DNA of 53,990 nt, taken from assembly GCA_018666575.1 (NCBI GenBank), contig JABIYX010000152.1, forward strand, positions 1 through 53,990, read 5' to 3'. This document shows positions 1 through 9,662 of this stretch, piece by piece (within the stretch, counting starts at the first letter, position 1; each line of letters starts with the position of its first letter). The DNA is from Methanobacteriota archaeon. Its GTDB lineage: Archaea > Thermoplasmatota > Poseidoniia > Poseidoniales > Poseidoniaceae. The translations under genes and the position numbers were made by a program. The notes under the pieces are model-generated. The model worked only from the letters and a program-made list of their open reading frames with translations, did no database searches and was not told where the DNA came from.

Positions 1-2
1 AA

Positions 3-854
3 GGTGGAGTTAATCCTGAGCTCGATATTGATTGGTACATTGGTCTGATAAATGTTCTACGGATACATCATCCGACTATTGATTTGGATTGTTTTTCACC
101 AATTGAGTTAGAAGGTATAGCAGAAGTTACGAACAGCACGACTCTTGAAGTTCTTACTCGCTTCAAGGATGCTGGGATGCATGGCTTGCCCGGTGGTGGA
201 GCAGAGATGCTTGTTGAAACTGTACGAACAGATGTTTCTCCAAAGAAAGGTCATCCCGATAATTGGCTAAGAGTCATGGAAGAAGCCCAATGTTTAGGAT
301 TGACTACCAGTGCGACTAACGTCATTGGATTCGGAGAAACAAATTCAGATAGGATCGAACATTTGAATCGAATTCGTCAACAACAAGAACGTGTACAGTC
401 AAAAGGGTATACTGGTTTCACATCATTCATTGCATGGCCAGTTCAGTTAGAAAGTAACACATTTGGAAAAAGAAATAAAGGTTCTAACCGATTTGAATTA
501 GGTGCAGGTGCTAGTGAATATCTTCGTCACGTTGCTATCTCCCGTCTATTCCTTGATAATGTGCCACATATACAGGCCTCTTGGCCTACGATGGGGATGG
601 GTGTTGCTCAGATGGCCTTGCTCGGGGGTGCAGACGATGCTGGTTCAACGATGATGGAAGAAAATGTAGTATCTGCATCTGGTACAACCAAATTTAGCGC
701 CTCTGAACAGGAATTACAAACATCAATTATTCGATCCGGCTTTATTCCACTGAGAAGAGACAGTGATTACAAACACTTGGAAACTCCCGACACAACAACA
801 TCACTTCCAGATGCAATGTGCTTACCACCCTCTCAATTCGTTGAATTGGTATAG
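3..854 (+). CDS. mqnC: CofH/MqnC-family radical SAM protein (probable cyclic dehypoxanthine futalosine synthase), 5'-truncated
   Basis: Frame is open from base 3 (GGVNPELDIDWY...). Motifs LPGGGAEML, FTSFIAWP, AISRLFLDNVPHIQASW and GADDAGSTMMEENVVSASG are typical of MqnC. The CxxxCxxC motif lies outside the window. Confidence 0.8.
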   Translation, partial: GGVNPELDIDWYIGLINVLRIHHPTIDLDCFSPIELEGIAEVTNSTTLEVLTRFKDAGMHGLPGGGAEMLVETVRTDVSPKKGHPDNWLRVMEEAQCLGLTTSATNVIGFGETNSDRIEHLNRIRQQQERVQSKGYTGFTSFIAWPVQLESNTFGKRNKGSNRFELGAGASEYLRHVAISRLFLDNVPHIQASWPTMGMGVAQMALLGGADDAGSTMMEENVVSASGTTKFSASEQELQTSIIRSGFIPLRRDSDYKHLETPDTTTSLPDAMCLPPSQFVELV

Positions 855-3800
855 AATACAACCCATATTTGGGCAACGATATTTCTTCCACCCTTACTGG
901 ATTCTCCGGTAGGGATGTATTCTTGACCATTGAAAAGTCCACGATATGTGAGTTCATTTGTTTGACCATTATGATCAACCCATGAGGAGATGTCGTGGGA
1001 CCATTGTTTGACATCTTGTCCAGCACACCATCCGGCTCTGCCATATGGCCATGAACCGTATTGATTAGCAACTACTCCATTCACAATTTCGTTTTCACAT
1101 CCAGTACTTGAGGCTACAATTGGATGCCATTCATACGCATGATGATTATCGATGTAGTAATGATGTTCATGGTCACAGAATTCTGCACAATTCGCATTGT
1201 CCTTCTGGAATCCATGTCCAGTTATTGTTGCAACAATTTCAACACGAGTTGTATCTTCTGGAACTGTGAAATTTAAGCTTCTTAGATACCTACTTTCATT
1301 ATTGTACGTCCCATCGAATTCTCCTCCTGTAAACGCAAATGTGGCGTCGTGTGCACGTTCACCACTTCCCCAGTTAGAGAATAGGAACTTAATGGTCATA
1401 TCACCTTTGTTCGCTCCTTTGTAACGGAATCTCCTTGTTTCATCATCCTCCAACATGAAGAGGTACGGGCTAATATCGGTAAGCCAACGCCCTTCACGCC
1501 CATAGGTGGTGATCCATCGCATGAATTCAGTCCCGCATACGGACGAATTATCTGCATCACAAATGTACATGTGGGCAAGATAATCCCACTCATGGCAGCC
1601 ACCATATGAGTTGTCACTCTTTTGGTATCGATTGCTTCTTTCATCACATGCATGTTCATGGAACACCTCTAGCGTGTCATATGACGTCATATTCTCTGGC
1701 ATACTAAATGTGGCATTACGATATGAATTATGATTCGAACCCCAGCCTCCAGCATGCCTCTCGAAGTCATACAATGTTACAACATCAATCCCAGTGTCTT
1801 GCATACGAATCTCTGGCTCAAATTCTGCATTCCACTGATGGGGCTCATACGCATAGTGATTTGGATCATTAGTCTGAGATACCCAAGCATAAATTGAACC
1901 AGTTTCCCTTGCTCTTTGGAACCGATCAATTCCCATGAAAAATGGGCTATTGGTATTGGAGATCATTTGCCCTAGTCCACCTTGAATATTACTTGCATCC
2001 ATGTCTATGTAGTGAATACGACCAGACCATTCTTGTTCTTCACTCGGATTTAATCGGGATTCCACATCACTCTTTCTTGAAGTAACGTCATTGTGATATG
2101 AAGAGTCAAATGAACCATAGAATAAATGAGTATTAGTTGGAAGATTGCGGATGAAAGTACCAGGATTTGTGGCCCATGTTCCTGAATTTGAGTTTCCACT
2201 TGAGTCAGTATACTTGAACATGAAGAGGTAAACGTCATTTCCAGTCCACTTGTTTTGGAACGTGAACGTTCCATCGAGGGTTGGTACTGTGAACGTTGGA
2301 ACGACATCCATCGGACCAGTCACTGTAGTTCCTGATGTCCATGCAATTGGAGTCTGGTTAATTGCACATCCCTGAGCGTCAATTGTCCATTTAGAAGGAC
2401 TGTTCGGACAGATGTCAACATTAGCAAAGACTCCATCTCCATCAAGGTCTGCGCATCCAGCAGCATTTACAATTAAACCAGATGGAGTACCTTCACATTG
2501 ATCTAGAAGGTCATTGACACCATCAACATCACCGTCTCGTTCAACAGCAGCGCAGCCATAAACATCAACATCTGAAGCCCCAAGAGGGGTGTAAGGACAT
2601 TGGTCTAAGGTTGCACCAGTTGCATTTACATCGTTGACAGCATCGTTATCATCATCGTCGTCTTCAGTTGTATCAAAGCAACCATCATTGTCAAAATCAG
2701 TATTAGAGTTGCGTTGAAGAACCCAGTTTGTCCTGCCTTTGGGACAAAGGTCAGACGAATCATTTTCTCCATCATTATCATCGTCTGAATCTTCTAATAG
2801 ATCATGGCATCCATCTTGATCCCAATCTAAGTAAAGATTAGCAGGCCAATTAAGTTCACCCTCTTGACAAGAATCAGCTTCATCCAAAATTCCGTCACCA
2901 TCGTCATCAGCATCGTTTCCATCATCCATGCATCCATCTTGGTCTCGATCATTTTCATGATTGCTTATCCAACCAATTATTGATGTACATAAATCATCTG
3001 AATCTAAAATTCCATCACTGTCATCATCGTTATCTTCATCATAATCTCGACATCCATCTTGATCGATATCACTTAATGTGCTTGACGCCCAACCATCAGT
3101 TTCACCGATTCCATTTGGACAATTGTCCATCTCATCGATTATTCCATCTCCATCAAGGTCATTATTTTCAACAATTATGACAGATGTATTTCCATAAGCT
3201 TCCGTAAAGGTATATTCGCCACAAAGAGCAACACTTTGGATTACAAATGTGTCTTCCCTTTCATCCAACCCTGTGACAAGTTGAGAAAATGAACCATCAG
3301 ATTGTATTGGTACTTCGATAGTATTCATACTCATTGATTGATCAGGTATATGCATTCTCAGCGTGCATGTTGATGTATCTTGGTGCAATACTTGGCCTTG
3401 GATTTGTATAATTGGAGATTCAACCAAAATATTCTGTGGGACGATCAAAGAAGTTATGCCTTCATCAGGAATAAACACTGTGAACGAATTTGAATGCACA
3501 CTTTCTGCACCTGTTGACAAGATTATAGTGACTTCAATTGTGAAAACTCCATGTGTAGTTGGCTGAATAATAACGGATATGGAGTCCTCTTTCTCATTCA
3601 TAATGACTTCTGCTCCATTTGGAATGTTTCTATCGTGTTCAGTATTCAGTGTGGCAGAATACGTTCCTTGACCCTTTTGATCTAGAAGTAGTTTGAGCTC
3701 TGTTATTTGATTGATTTCACCCGTTGGATTCATTGTAGTCCAATTGGCAATGAGTGAATATTCTTCAATAACTTCTTCCTTCTCCTCTTCAGTAGGTGTG

Positions 3801-3868
3801 TCGGTTCCAAAGCATCCTGACAACATTAACAAGGACAGGAAAATTGCTGGCAAAGCCTTTTTGCTCAT
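833..3868 (-). CDS. Lipoprotein with thrombospondin type-3 (Ca-binding) repeats and a C-terminal PNGase F-like domain
   Basis: Lipobox LLMLSG-C; many DxDxDGC/DxCP repeats; C-terminal CHEWDY, EFMRWITTYG, ITGHG, CAEFC and RAGWCAG motifs of the PNGase F family. Confidence 0.8.
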   Translation of the reverse strand: MSKKALPAIFLSLLMLSGCFGTDTPTEEEKEEVIEEYSLIANWTTMNPTGEINQITELKLLLDQKGQGTYSATLNTEHDRNIPNGAEVIMNEKEDSISVIIQPTTHGVFTIEVTIILSTGAESVHSNSFTVFIPDEGITSLIVPQNILVESPIIQIQGQVLHQDTSTCTLRMHIPDQSMSMNTIEVPIQSDGSFSQLVTGLDEREDTFVIQSVALCGEYTFTEAYGNTSVIIVENNDLDGDGIIDEMDNCPNGIGETDGWASSTLSDIDQDGCRDYDEDNDDDSDGILDSDDLCTSIIGWISNHENDRDQDGCMDDGNDADDDGDGILDEADSCQEGELNWPANLYLDWDQDGCHDLLEDSDDDNDGENDSSDLCPKGRTNWVLQRNSNTDFDNDGCFDTTEDDDDDNDAVNDVNATGATLDQCPYTPLGASDVDVYGCAAVERDGDVDGVNDLLDQCEGTPSGLIVNAAGCADLDGDGVFANVDICPNSPSKWTIDAQGCAINQTPIAWTSGTTVTGPMDVVPTFTVPTLDGTFTFQNKWTGNDVYLFMFKYTDSSGNSNSGTWATNPGTFIRNLPTNTHLFYGSFDSSYHNDVTSRKSDVESRLNPSEEQEWSGRIHYIDMDASNIQGGLGQMISNTNSPFFMGIDRFQRARETGSIYAWVSQTNDPNHYAYEPHQWNAEFEPEIRMQDTGIDVVTLYDFERHAGGWGSNHNSYRNATFSMPENMTSYDTLEVFHEHACDERSNRYQKSDNSYGGCHEWDYLAHMYICDADNSSVCGTEFMRWITTYGREGRWLTDISPYLFMLEDDETRRFRYKGANKGDMTIKFLFSNWGSGERAHDATFAFTGGEFDGTYNNESRYLRSLNFTVPEDTTRVEIVATITGHGFQKDNANCAEFCDHEHHYYIDNHHAYEWHPIVASSTGCENEIVNGVVANQYGSWPYGRAGWCAGQDVKQWSHDISSWVDHNGQTNELTYRGLFNGQEYIPTGESSKGGRNIVAQIWVVFYTNSTN

Positions 3869-3897
3869 GTCATTACATCAAAGCGCAGGACATGAAC

Positions 3898-5040
3898 CTA
3901 ACGCTTACCGATGTAAAAATGCTCAGTTCTAGAATCATTTACTCTGAGGTGCTGGAGTTGGATTTTGGATGTTGGGAATTCCACGCGGATTGGCATAACC
4001 CATAGTAGTGGCATTTTGTTTTGTCTTTTGATTTTAACAACTATTTCCCAATGAACTCGAAGTAATTCTGAATTGACGGAACCTGGCCATATCATTTCAG
4101 GAGGGGTGAGTTCGAAATCACCTTCTTCTTCGAGAACCTGCCCTCCACCCTCTTCTGAAAATCTCATGGGTCTTAGGAATACTCCTCCTGGAATATCCTG
4201 TCGCTCCATTGGCGCATCTTCACCACCTGCAGTACCATCATCAAGACCTTCTTCCCAATGGTGCGGTAGCGGTGTTGAAAGTCCAACCGGGGGCTGTTGG
4301 CCTAGCGTTCTTCCAGACAATTCTACCAAAGCAGAACGTGAAGGGGGCAGTGTCCCAACATGCCAATGAATAGAGACAGATTTCCAATCATCTCGGCGTT
4401 CAGGTATGATGCATTTGCCCCGAAGAGGTTGGCCACTGCGAATGGTCGATTCGAGTTCCATAATCGGTGATTTAACTGGATTTTTGAAATACTCTTGCTG
4501 TTTTTTTAAATCCAAAAAATTTGCAATCATTCTCAAGAGCAGTGGCATCAAGAGAAATGGCCCGACAATTATAGTTAATATGGGATAATCCAATAATCCT
4601 AATCTGATGCTCTGAGTACCTAGACTTGGTATCCCTATGACACTCAAAATTGGTTCAATGAACAAATATGTGAGTGTTGCTAAAAGTAAAATGACTGCGA
4701 AATTAATCAATCTTCTTGCAACTGAATGTAGATTGTTTGGAATGATATACCAGCCACTTCTTTGTTGATAAACAAGATTAACAAATTCAGTATCGTCGAT
4801 GATCTGTAAAGGTTCTCCGCTCCATTTCGTTCCATCCTTTGATTCAAAGGTTCGTTCAAGCAGCCATCCCTCTTCGCTTTCAATTCTAAATTCAGGATAA
4901 CGATTTTGAATTTGTTCTCCAGTAAGATTGACATTCAATCTTTCTTCTACGATGGGAACAGAGCTTGCTTTCCATCGCTGATGTTCAAATGGTGGATATC
5001 TCACCTTGTGAATAACATTCCATTTTGTCATAGATTTCAC
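3898..5040 (-). CDS. Hypothetical membrane protein (2 TM) with a possible arrestin/SpoOM-like C-terminal beta-sandwich
   Basis: 380-aa ORF 1 bp downstream of GGR, with two hydrophobic segments at about aa 112-172. Confidence 0.7.
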   Translation of the reverse strand: MKSMTKWNVIHKVRYPPFEHQRWKASSVPIVEERLNVNLTGEQIQNRYPEFRIESEEGWLLERTFESKDGTKWSGEPLQIIDDTEFVNLVYQQRSGWYIIPNNLHSVARRLINFAVILLLATLTYLFIEPILSVIGIPSLGTQSIRLGLLDYPILTIIVGPFLLMPLLLRMIANFLDLKKQQEYFKNPVKSPIMELESTIRSGQPLRGKCIIPERRDDWKSVSIHWHVGTLPPSRSALVELSGRTLGQQPPVGLSTPLPHHWEEGLDDGTAGGEDAPMERQDIPGGVFLRPMRFSEEGGGQVLEEEGDFELTPPEMIWPGSVNSELLRVHWEIVVKIKRQNKMPLLWVMPIRVEFPTSKIQLQHLRVNDSRTEHFYIGKR

Positions 5041-5041
5041 C

Positions 5042-6259
5042 TTAGGTAAAGAGCAGTTTTACTCCTGCTTGGAATGCTAATTTTCTGAATGCAGGTACCT
5101 TTCGTAGTAATGCCATCCCAAGAGGTACTGGCTTTTCGATATCGCCTACTGAATTGATTAATTCAATAACCTCTGGTTTTGCAAAGTTTGCGAAATGACG
5201 ATCGAGTTCTTCATCAGTGCGTGTTGATACGAGCAAATCACGCAGTGCCCGTGCTCTGTCTTGCTCTTTCTTCATCTTCGGCCATGATGATTTTGTGACA
5301 GACTTGAGGTCTTTCTCCGTGAGTTTATCAGTATTTACAGCAATAACGAGCTTATCGACAATAGACGAAATTTGTTTGAACCCAGGTCCGAGGCCTCCAC
5401 CTGTTGTTGGCTTAGCCATTCCTGCAGCGTCACCGAGTACCATGACACGTTCTTTGAACGGTCGTCGAATCATACCTGAGGGCACGGGGCCACAATATCT
5501 TGCAGTTTCCTGCACATTTTCGAAACGTTCTTTCCACAAAGGATGGTTGAGGAGACCATTGTAACAGTCGAGAATACTTTTGCCATCTAACATTTCTGCT
5601 TTAGACCAAAGTCCAATTCTGTGAGTATCGTTACCAGAAGGAATGACCCAAGCGAAGAAACCAGGTGCAATTTCTGATCCGCTGTACATCTCTAACCAAC
5701 GATTTTTACCCTCATAACCCACCACTTCTGCTTGGAAACCAACCATCATCTCTTTTGGATGGCCCATCTTAAATTTCCTTCGAACCCATGAATGAGCACC
5801 GTCGCATCCTATGATGAGTTTACATGTGACTTGGCGTTCTGCTTCAGTGCGTTGATTCTTGATCGCTACAATTACACCATCGGGTCGAATCACTGCATCA
5901 ATTGGTTGAGATTCGAGCATAATATCTGCTCCTGCTTGTAGTCCCTGTTGGACCACTTCTTGATCGAATCGCTTCCTACAAACAACATATGTTCGTAAAT
6001 CACCATCTTTCCCAACAGGAACAAGGGTCCCAGACGGGCCATGTATTAATGCGCCATCTACGTCTTGAACGACTGTACCATATGCTTCAACAGCATGCAT
6101 AGCACTAGGGGTTACAAGACCTGCGCACTGAAATGGACGTCCAATTTCGGTGTGTTCTTCAATCATCAAGACCGATAATCCTCTTTCACAGAGAAGGCGT
6201 GATGCATAGCCTCCAACAGGGCCAGCCCCGACAATGACAACATCATAGTCGTAGTCCAT
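5042..6259 (-). CDS. Geranylgeranyl reductase family (digeranylgeranylglycerophospholipid reductase)
   Basis: VVIVGAGPVG FAD site, IGRPFQCAG, GCDGAHS, APGFFAWVIP and LGDAAGMAKPTTGGG. Confidence 0.9.
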   Translation of the reverse strand: MDYDYDVVIVGAGPVGGYASRLLCERGLSVLMIEEHTEIGRPFQCAGLVTPSAMHAVEAYGTVVQDVDGALIHGPSGTLVPVGKDGDLRTYVVCRKRFDQEVVQQGLQAGADIMLESQPIDAVIRPDGVIVAIKNQRTEAERQVTCKLIIGCDGAHSWVRRKFKMGHPKEMMVGFQAEVVGYEGKNRWLEMYSGSEIAPGFFAWVIPSGNDTHRIGLWSKAEMLDGKSILDCYNGLLNHPLWKERFENVQETARYCGPVPSGMIRRPFKERVMVLGDAAGMAKPTTGGGLGPGFKQISSIVDKLVIAVNTDKLTEKDLKSVTKSSWPKMKKEQDRARALRDLLVSTRTDEELDRHFANFAKPEVIELINSVGDIEKPVPLGMALLRKVPAFRKLAFQAGVKLLFT

Positions 6260-6301
6260 GGTTGGTTTGAAGTGTCTGACTTCATGAAGTTTCTTCCGAA
6301 T

Positions 6302-9079
6302 TCAGCGCTTAGCGAACCGATAACCGATTCTTTCATTCTTGCGGAGATAAAGAATTGCAGTGTATGGATTACCTGTTTTCTTGGCGATGAGGTCATCAAA
6401 TGGTCCAATTTCCCCTTTTTCGATCAATGTCTTTGCTTCTTCTCTTGTGATTTCTCGTTTAGCAATTTCACGTGCAATGTCCAATTTACAACCGGATGCA
6501 GTAGATTTAGGTCGATAGTGAGTTTCAGTTTCAAACAATTCAGTCTTATGTTTTGGACAAATACCTACGACTCCTGGTTTAACTTCGAACTTTCGAGCAT
6601 CTGCAGCAGGTTCTCTAGGCGGGAATTCAAATCCTACTTTATTTCCTTCAAGAATGAGATATGCAGGGAATGGTTTTCCTCTTCGAGAAATGAAATTATC
6701 GATGAGTGGCGATTTTCCATCGACCAAAATAGCCTTTGCTTCATCGGCTGTAATTTCTCTCTTGCAAATTTCTTTTCCTACGCCTCTGAATTTACATTCA
6801 TCGTTATCGCATGCAAAGTGCGTATCTGTTTGTCGAATGGTGCCATCACACTTTGGACACGGGCAAACGGCTTCATCTGTCGTCTTTGCACGTGTTCCTG
6901 ATGAGAGAGCAGATGTGACTTTTCCAGAGTCATCGATTGATATGGTCGTTGTATAGGATTCTCCATTTCGATTGAAAAATCCATGCAGATCCTCAATTTT
7001 TTTATCTTGTAAAAGTCTAGATGCAGTAGTTCTATCGAACCATCTTCCACTGGTATCTTTCCAAAACACAAACGTACATCCCTTGTCTTTACCTTCGTTC
7101 TTTTCACAGGTGTATGAGAGTGCTGTTTCAGTAATTGTACTGTCACACAATGGACATTGTCCAATAGAATTATCACCTGTGAAGAGATCATTTCTCTCGT
7201 GATCACGAATCCTCGTAACAAGGTCATTTGTTTGATCGATTATACGTTGCATATATTCACTTGCAGCAAGTTTGCCTTGCTGTACGGAAATGAGTGCAGA
7301 TTCCATTTCACCGGTCAACTCAGCCGATGTTATCCATTCAACAGGGATTCGTCTTAGAATCTCAATAATTCGTATACCGTGAGGTGCAGCGTTAATTGCT
7401 CCGGATTGTTGTCGTGAGATGTATCCTCTGGAAAGTAATTTTTCGATTGTATCTGCTCTTGTTGCAGGGGTGCCTAATCCCTTGTCAGACATTGCTTCTG
7501 CAAGTTCTTCGTCCTCAATTTCCTTACCTGCTCGCTCCATGAGCGTCAATAAACGGGCTTCCTTGAGTCGTGATGGAGGCTTAGATTTGTCTTCTTTCCA
7601 TGTATGTTCTTCAATTTTTGAAGAAACAGGGCTCTGGGGAATTGTACCCCATCCTTCAGGGAAGTTCAAGTTCTTTGAAACGACTTCTCTCCATCCAAGA
7701 GTTTGGTATTGTTGAGCTTCTTTTACGAATATTTCACCACCTAAATTAGCGGTTCTTTTTTGCTTTTCAATGGTTGATTGAGGGTACCATGATGCTAAGA
7801 AATTTCGGACAATCAGGTCATATAATCGCTTTTCATCGTTCGATAGTGAGCCTGTTGGACTTTTACCCGTAGGGATAATCGCAAAGTGATCACTCACCTT
7901 TGCATCGTTGAAATTTCTCTTGACATTTTCTAAGCCTCCATTCTTGAGATGTTGGGCGTAATTAGTATAGTCTGCTTGTGTTCCAATATTTGCAATTGTT
8001 TCATCAATAGCATCATTCATGTCAGAGGGTAAATATCTCGAGTCTGTTCTCGGATATGTCGTTAGTTTGTGGCGTTCATAGAGTGCTTGAGCGACATTGA
8101 GTGTTCTCTTAGCAGGCCAAGAAAACATAGAGTTCGCTTGTCTTTGAAGTGAGGTGAGATCATAATTCAGAGGTGGTCGCTCTTTTCCAATGGATAGTTT
8201 TTCACTAACTTCTGCATCTTCACCAGAATCAAGGAGTTTTTGGATTCGATCTTTATCTTGCTGAGTGAGGACCCAATGTGCCTTGACATCATCATTAGAC
8301 ACCCCGCCTTCCCATCGTCCTGTCCAGTTGCTCGTCTTGTTAGAGAATGTAGCATTCAATTCCCAATATGGCGTAGGTATGTGTTGGAGAATTTCCAGTT
8401 CATGATCGACAATAATTCCTAAAGTAGCAGTTTGAACACGCCCAATTGAAATTGCTTGGCGCTCACTGCGTTTTTTGGGCAAGAATATCTCAGCCACTCG
8501 AGAACCGTTCATGCCAATAAGCCAATCTGCCTGACTTCGGCTGTATGCAGCATCTGAGAGTGGTTTGAATTCCTTTGCTGACTTGCGTTCATCCCATGCC
8601 TTTTGTATTGCTGTACTGGTCATTGATTGCAACCACATTCGACTTACATCAGTCTTGACTTTTGCATGTTGGTATATTGTTTGGAAAATGAGTTCACCTT
8701 CTCTTGCAGCGTCACATGCATTGACAATTTCTGAAACGGACTTGTCTTTCATTAATTTTTTAATTGCAGTGAGTTGTTTTTTTGTAGATCCAGATTTAGG
8801 TTTGAACTCAAATTCATCGGGTATGTATGGTAGTCGGTCAGCAGTTTCCCGCCAATTCTTGAACTCAGGGTCATAGTCATCCATGTACTTTAGTTCAAGC
8901 ATATGTCCAACTGCCCAAGTTACGACAATACCGTCTCCTTGCCAGTGAGTAGCCTCTTTTTTGGAGATGCCAAGTACTTTGGCAATGTCCTCTGCAACAC
9001 TAGGCTTCTCGGCGAGGACAACGATGCTCATTGTATCATCCGGTTTGTCGACCATACTTGAAGGCTCGCCAAACTTCAT
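6302..9079 (-). CDS. topB: Type IA DNA topoisomerase III, bacterial TopB type with C-terminal repeats and Zn ribbons
   Basis: LAEKPSVA, NACDAAREGELIF, GRVQT, catalytic TYPRTDS, GLGTPATRA, and three C-terminal Cys-containing repeats. Confidence 0.9.
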   Translation of the reverse strand: MKFGEPSSMVDKPDDTMSIVVLAEKPSVAEDIAKVLGISKKEATHWQGDGIVVTWAVGHMLELKYMDDYDPEFKNWRETADRLPYIPDEFEFKPKSGSTKKQLTAIKKLMKDKSVSEIVNACDAAREGELIFQTIYQHAKVKTDVSRMWLQSMTSTAIQKAWDERKSAKEFKPLSDAAYSRSQADWLIGMNGSRVAEIFLPKKRSERQAISIGRVQTATLGIIVDHELEILQHIPTPYWELNATFSNKTSNWTGRWEGGVSNDDVKAHWVLTQQDKDRIQKLLDSGEDAEVSEKLSIGKERPPLNYDLTSLQRQANSMFSWPAKRTLNVAQALYERHKLTTYPRTDSRYLPSDMNDAIDETIANIGTQADYTNYAQHLKNGGLENVKRNFNDAKVSDHFAIIPTGKSPTGSLSNDEKRLYDLIVRNFLASWYPQSTIEKQKRTANLGGEIFVKEAQQYQTLGWREVVSKNLNFPEGWGTIPQSPVSSKIEEHTWKEDKSKPPSRLKEARLLTLMERAGKEIEDEELAEAMSDKGLGTPATRADTIEKLLSRGYISRQQSGAINAAPHGIRIIEILRRIPVEWITSAELTGEMESALISVQQGKLAASEYMQRIIDQTNDLVTRIRDHERNDLFTGDNSIGQCPLCDSTITETALSYTCEKNEGKDKGCTFVFWKDTSGRWFDRTTASRLLQDKKIEDLHGFFNRNGESYTTTISIDDSGKVTSALSSGTRAKTTDEAVCPCPKCDGTIRQTDTHFACDNDECKFRGVGKEICKREITADEAKAILVDGKSPLIDNFISRRGKPFPAYLILEGNKVGFEFPPREPAADARKFEVKPGVVGICPKHKTELFETETHYRPKSTASGCKLDIAREIAKREITREEAKTLIEKGEIGPFDDLIAKKTGNPYTAILYLRKNERIGYRFAKR

Positions 9080-9110
9080 TTTGAACAGATACCTTATGGT
9101 ATCTATGGAT

Positions 9111-9647
9111 TTATTGGGAAAATTTAGAAAGATTTTTTCTGCTTAATTCTTCGTCCCATTTTTCTTCATTTTTTCTGAAGCCACAACCCTCGCACCCAGG
9201 ATACCCAGCGAGTAATAGTTCAGAGCACATTTGTTCAAGCAATGGTATTACGACATCGGTTGATATTGGGAGCCAGAGTGTTTTGATTGACGAGGGTTTT
9301 TCATAATTCGTCAGTACACATTGATTTTGTACATCTTTGATAATAACATGTTCACCATCTGTAACGGTTGGGAATGTAATCCTCTGAGGTAAAGCATCGC
9401 TCATATTGAGGATAAGTCGATTCCATCGCTCATGATATTCAATAGGTATGGCAATGGATAACTTCCCCAGCGATAGCACTCTTCTACCTCCCTCTCGCAA
9501 CGCCAACCAGAGTGGTGAATTCTCCTCCATGGCACTCCGAACCATCACAAGGCTTGAAGGATATCGGTTCAAGGAGTAAACATGGGGAGAGTCTTTCGAT
9601 TCATATCTCGACCTCTTCTTGCGGTTCAAGATTCTGAAAAGGCTCAT
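9111..9647 (-). CDS. Hypothetical protein with a C-terminal CxxC (start uncertain)
   Basis: 178-aa ORF filling the gap between topB and pyrD; contains YPGCEGCGFR. Confidence 0.6.
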   Translation of the reverse strand: MSLFRILNRKKRSRYESKDSPHVYSLNRYPSSLVMVRSAMEENSPLWLALREGGRRVLSLGKLSIAIPIEYHERWNRLILNMSDALPQRITFPTVTDGEHVIIKDVQNQCVLTNYEKPSSIKTLWLPISTDVVIPLLEQMCSELLLAGYPGCEGCGFRKNEEKWDEELSRKNLSKFSQ

Positions 9648-9662
9648 GGCCGTTCCTTGTTA

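Noticed and set aside
2400..3170. Repetitive TCATC-rich DNA as a repeat array or CRISPR
   Set aside because: It reflects Asp-rich TSP3 coding repeats. There are no identical spaced repeats and no cas genes.
6272..8876. Numerous antisense and nested ORFs in the track (here and throughout the window)
   Set aside because: They are shadows of well-supported genes on the opposite strand and have no recognisable motifs.
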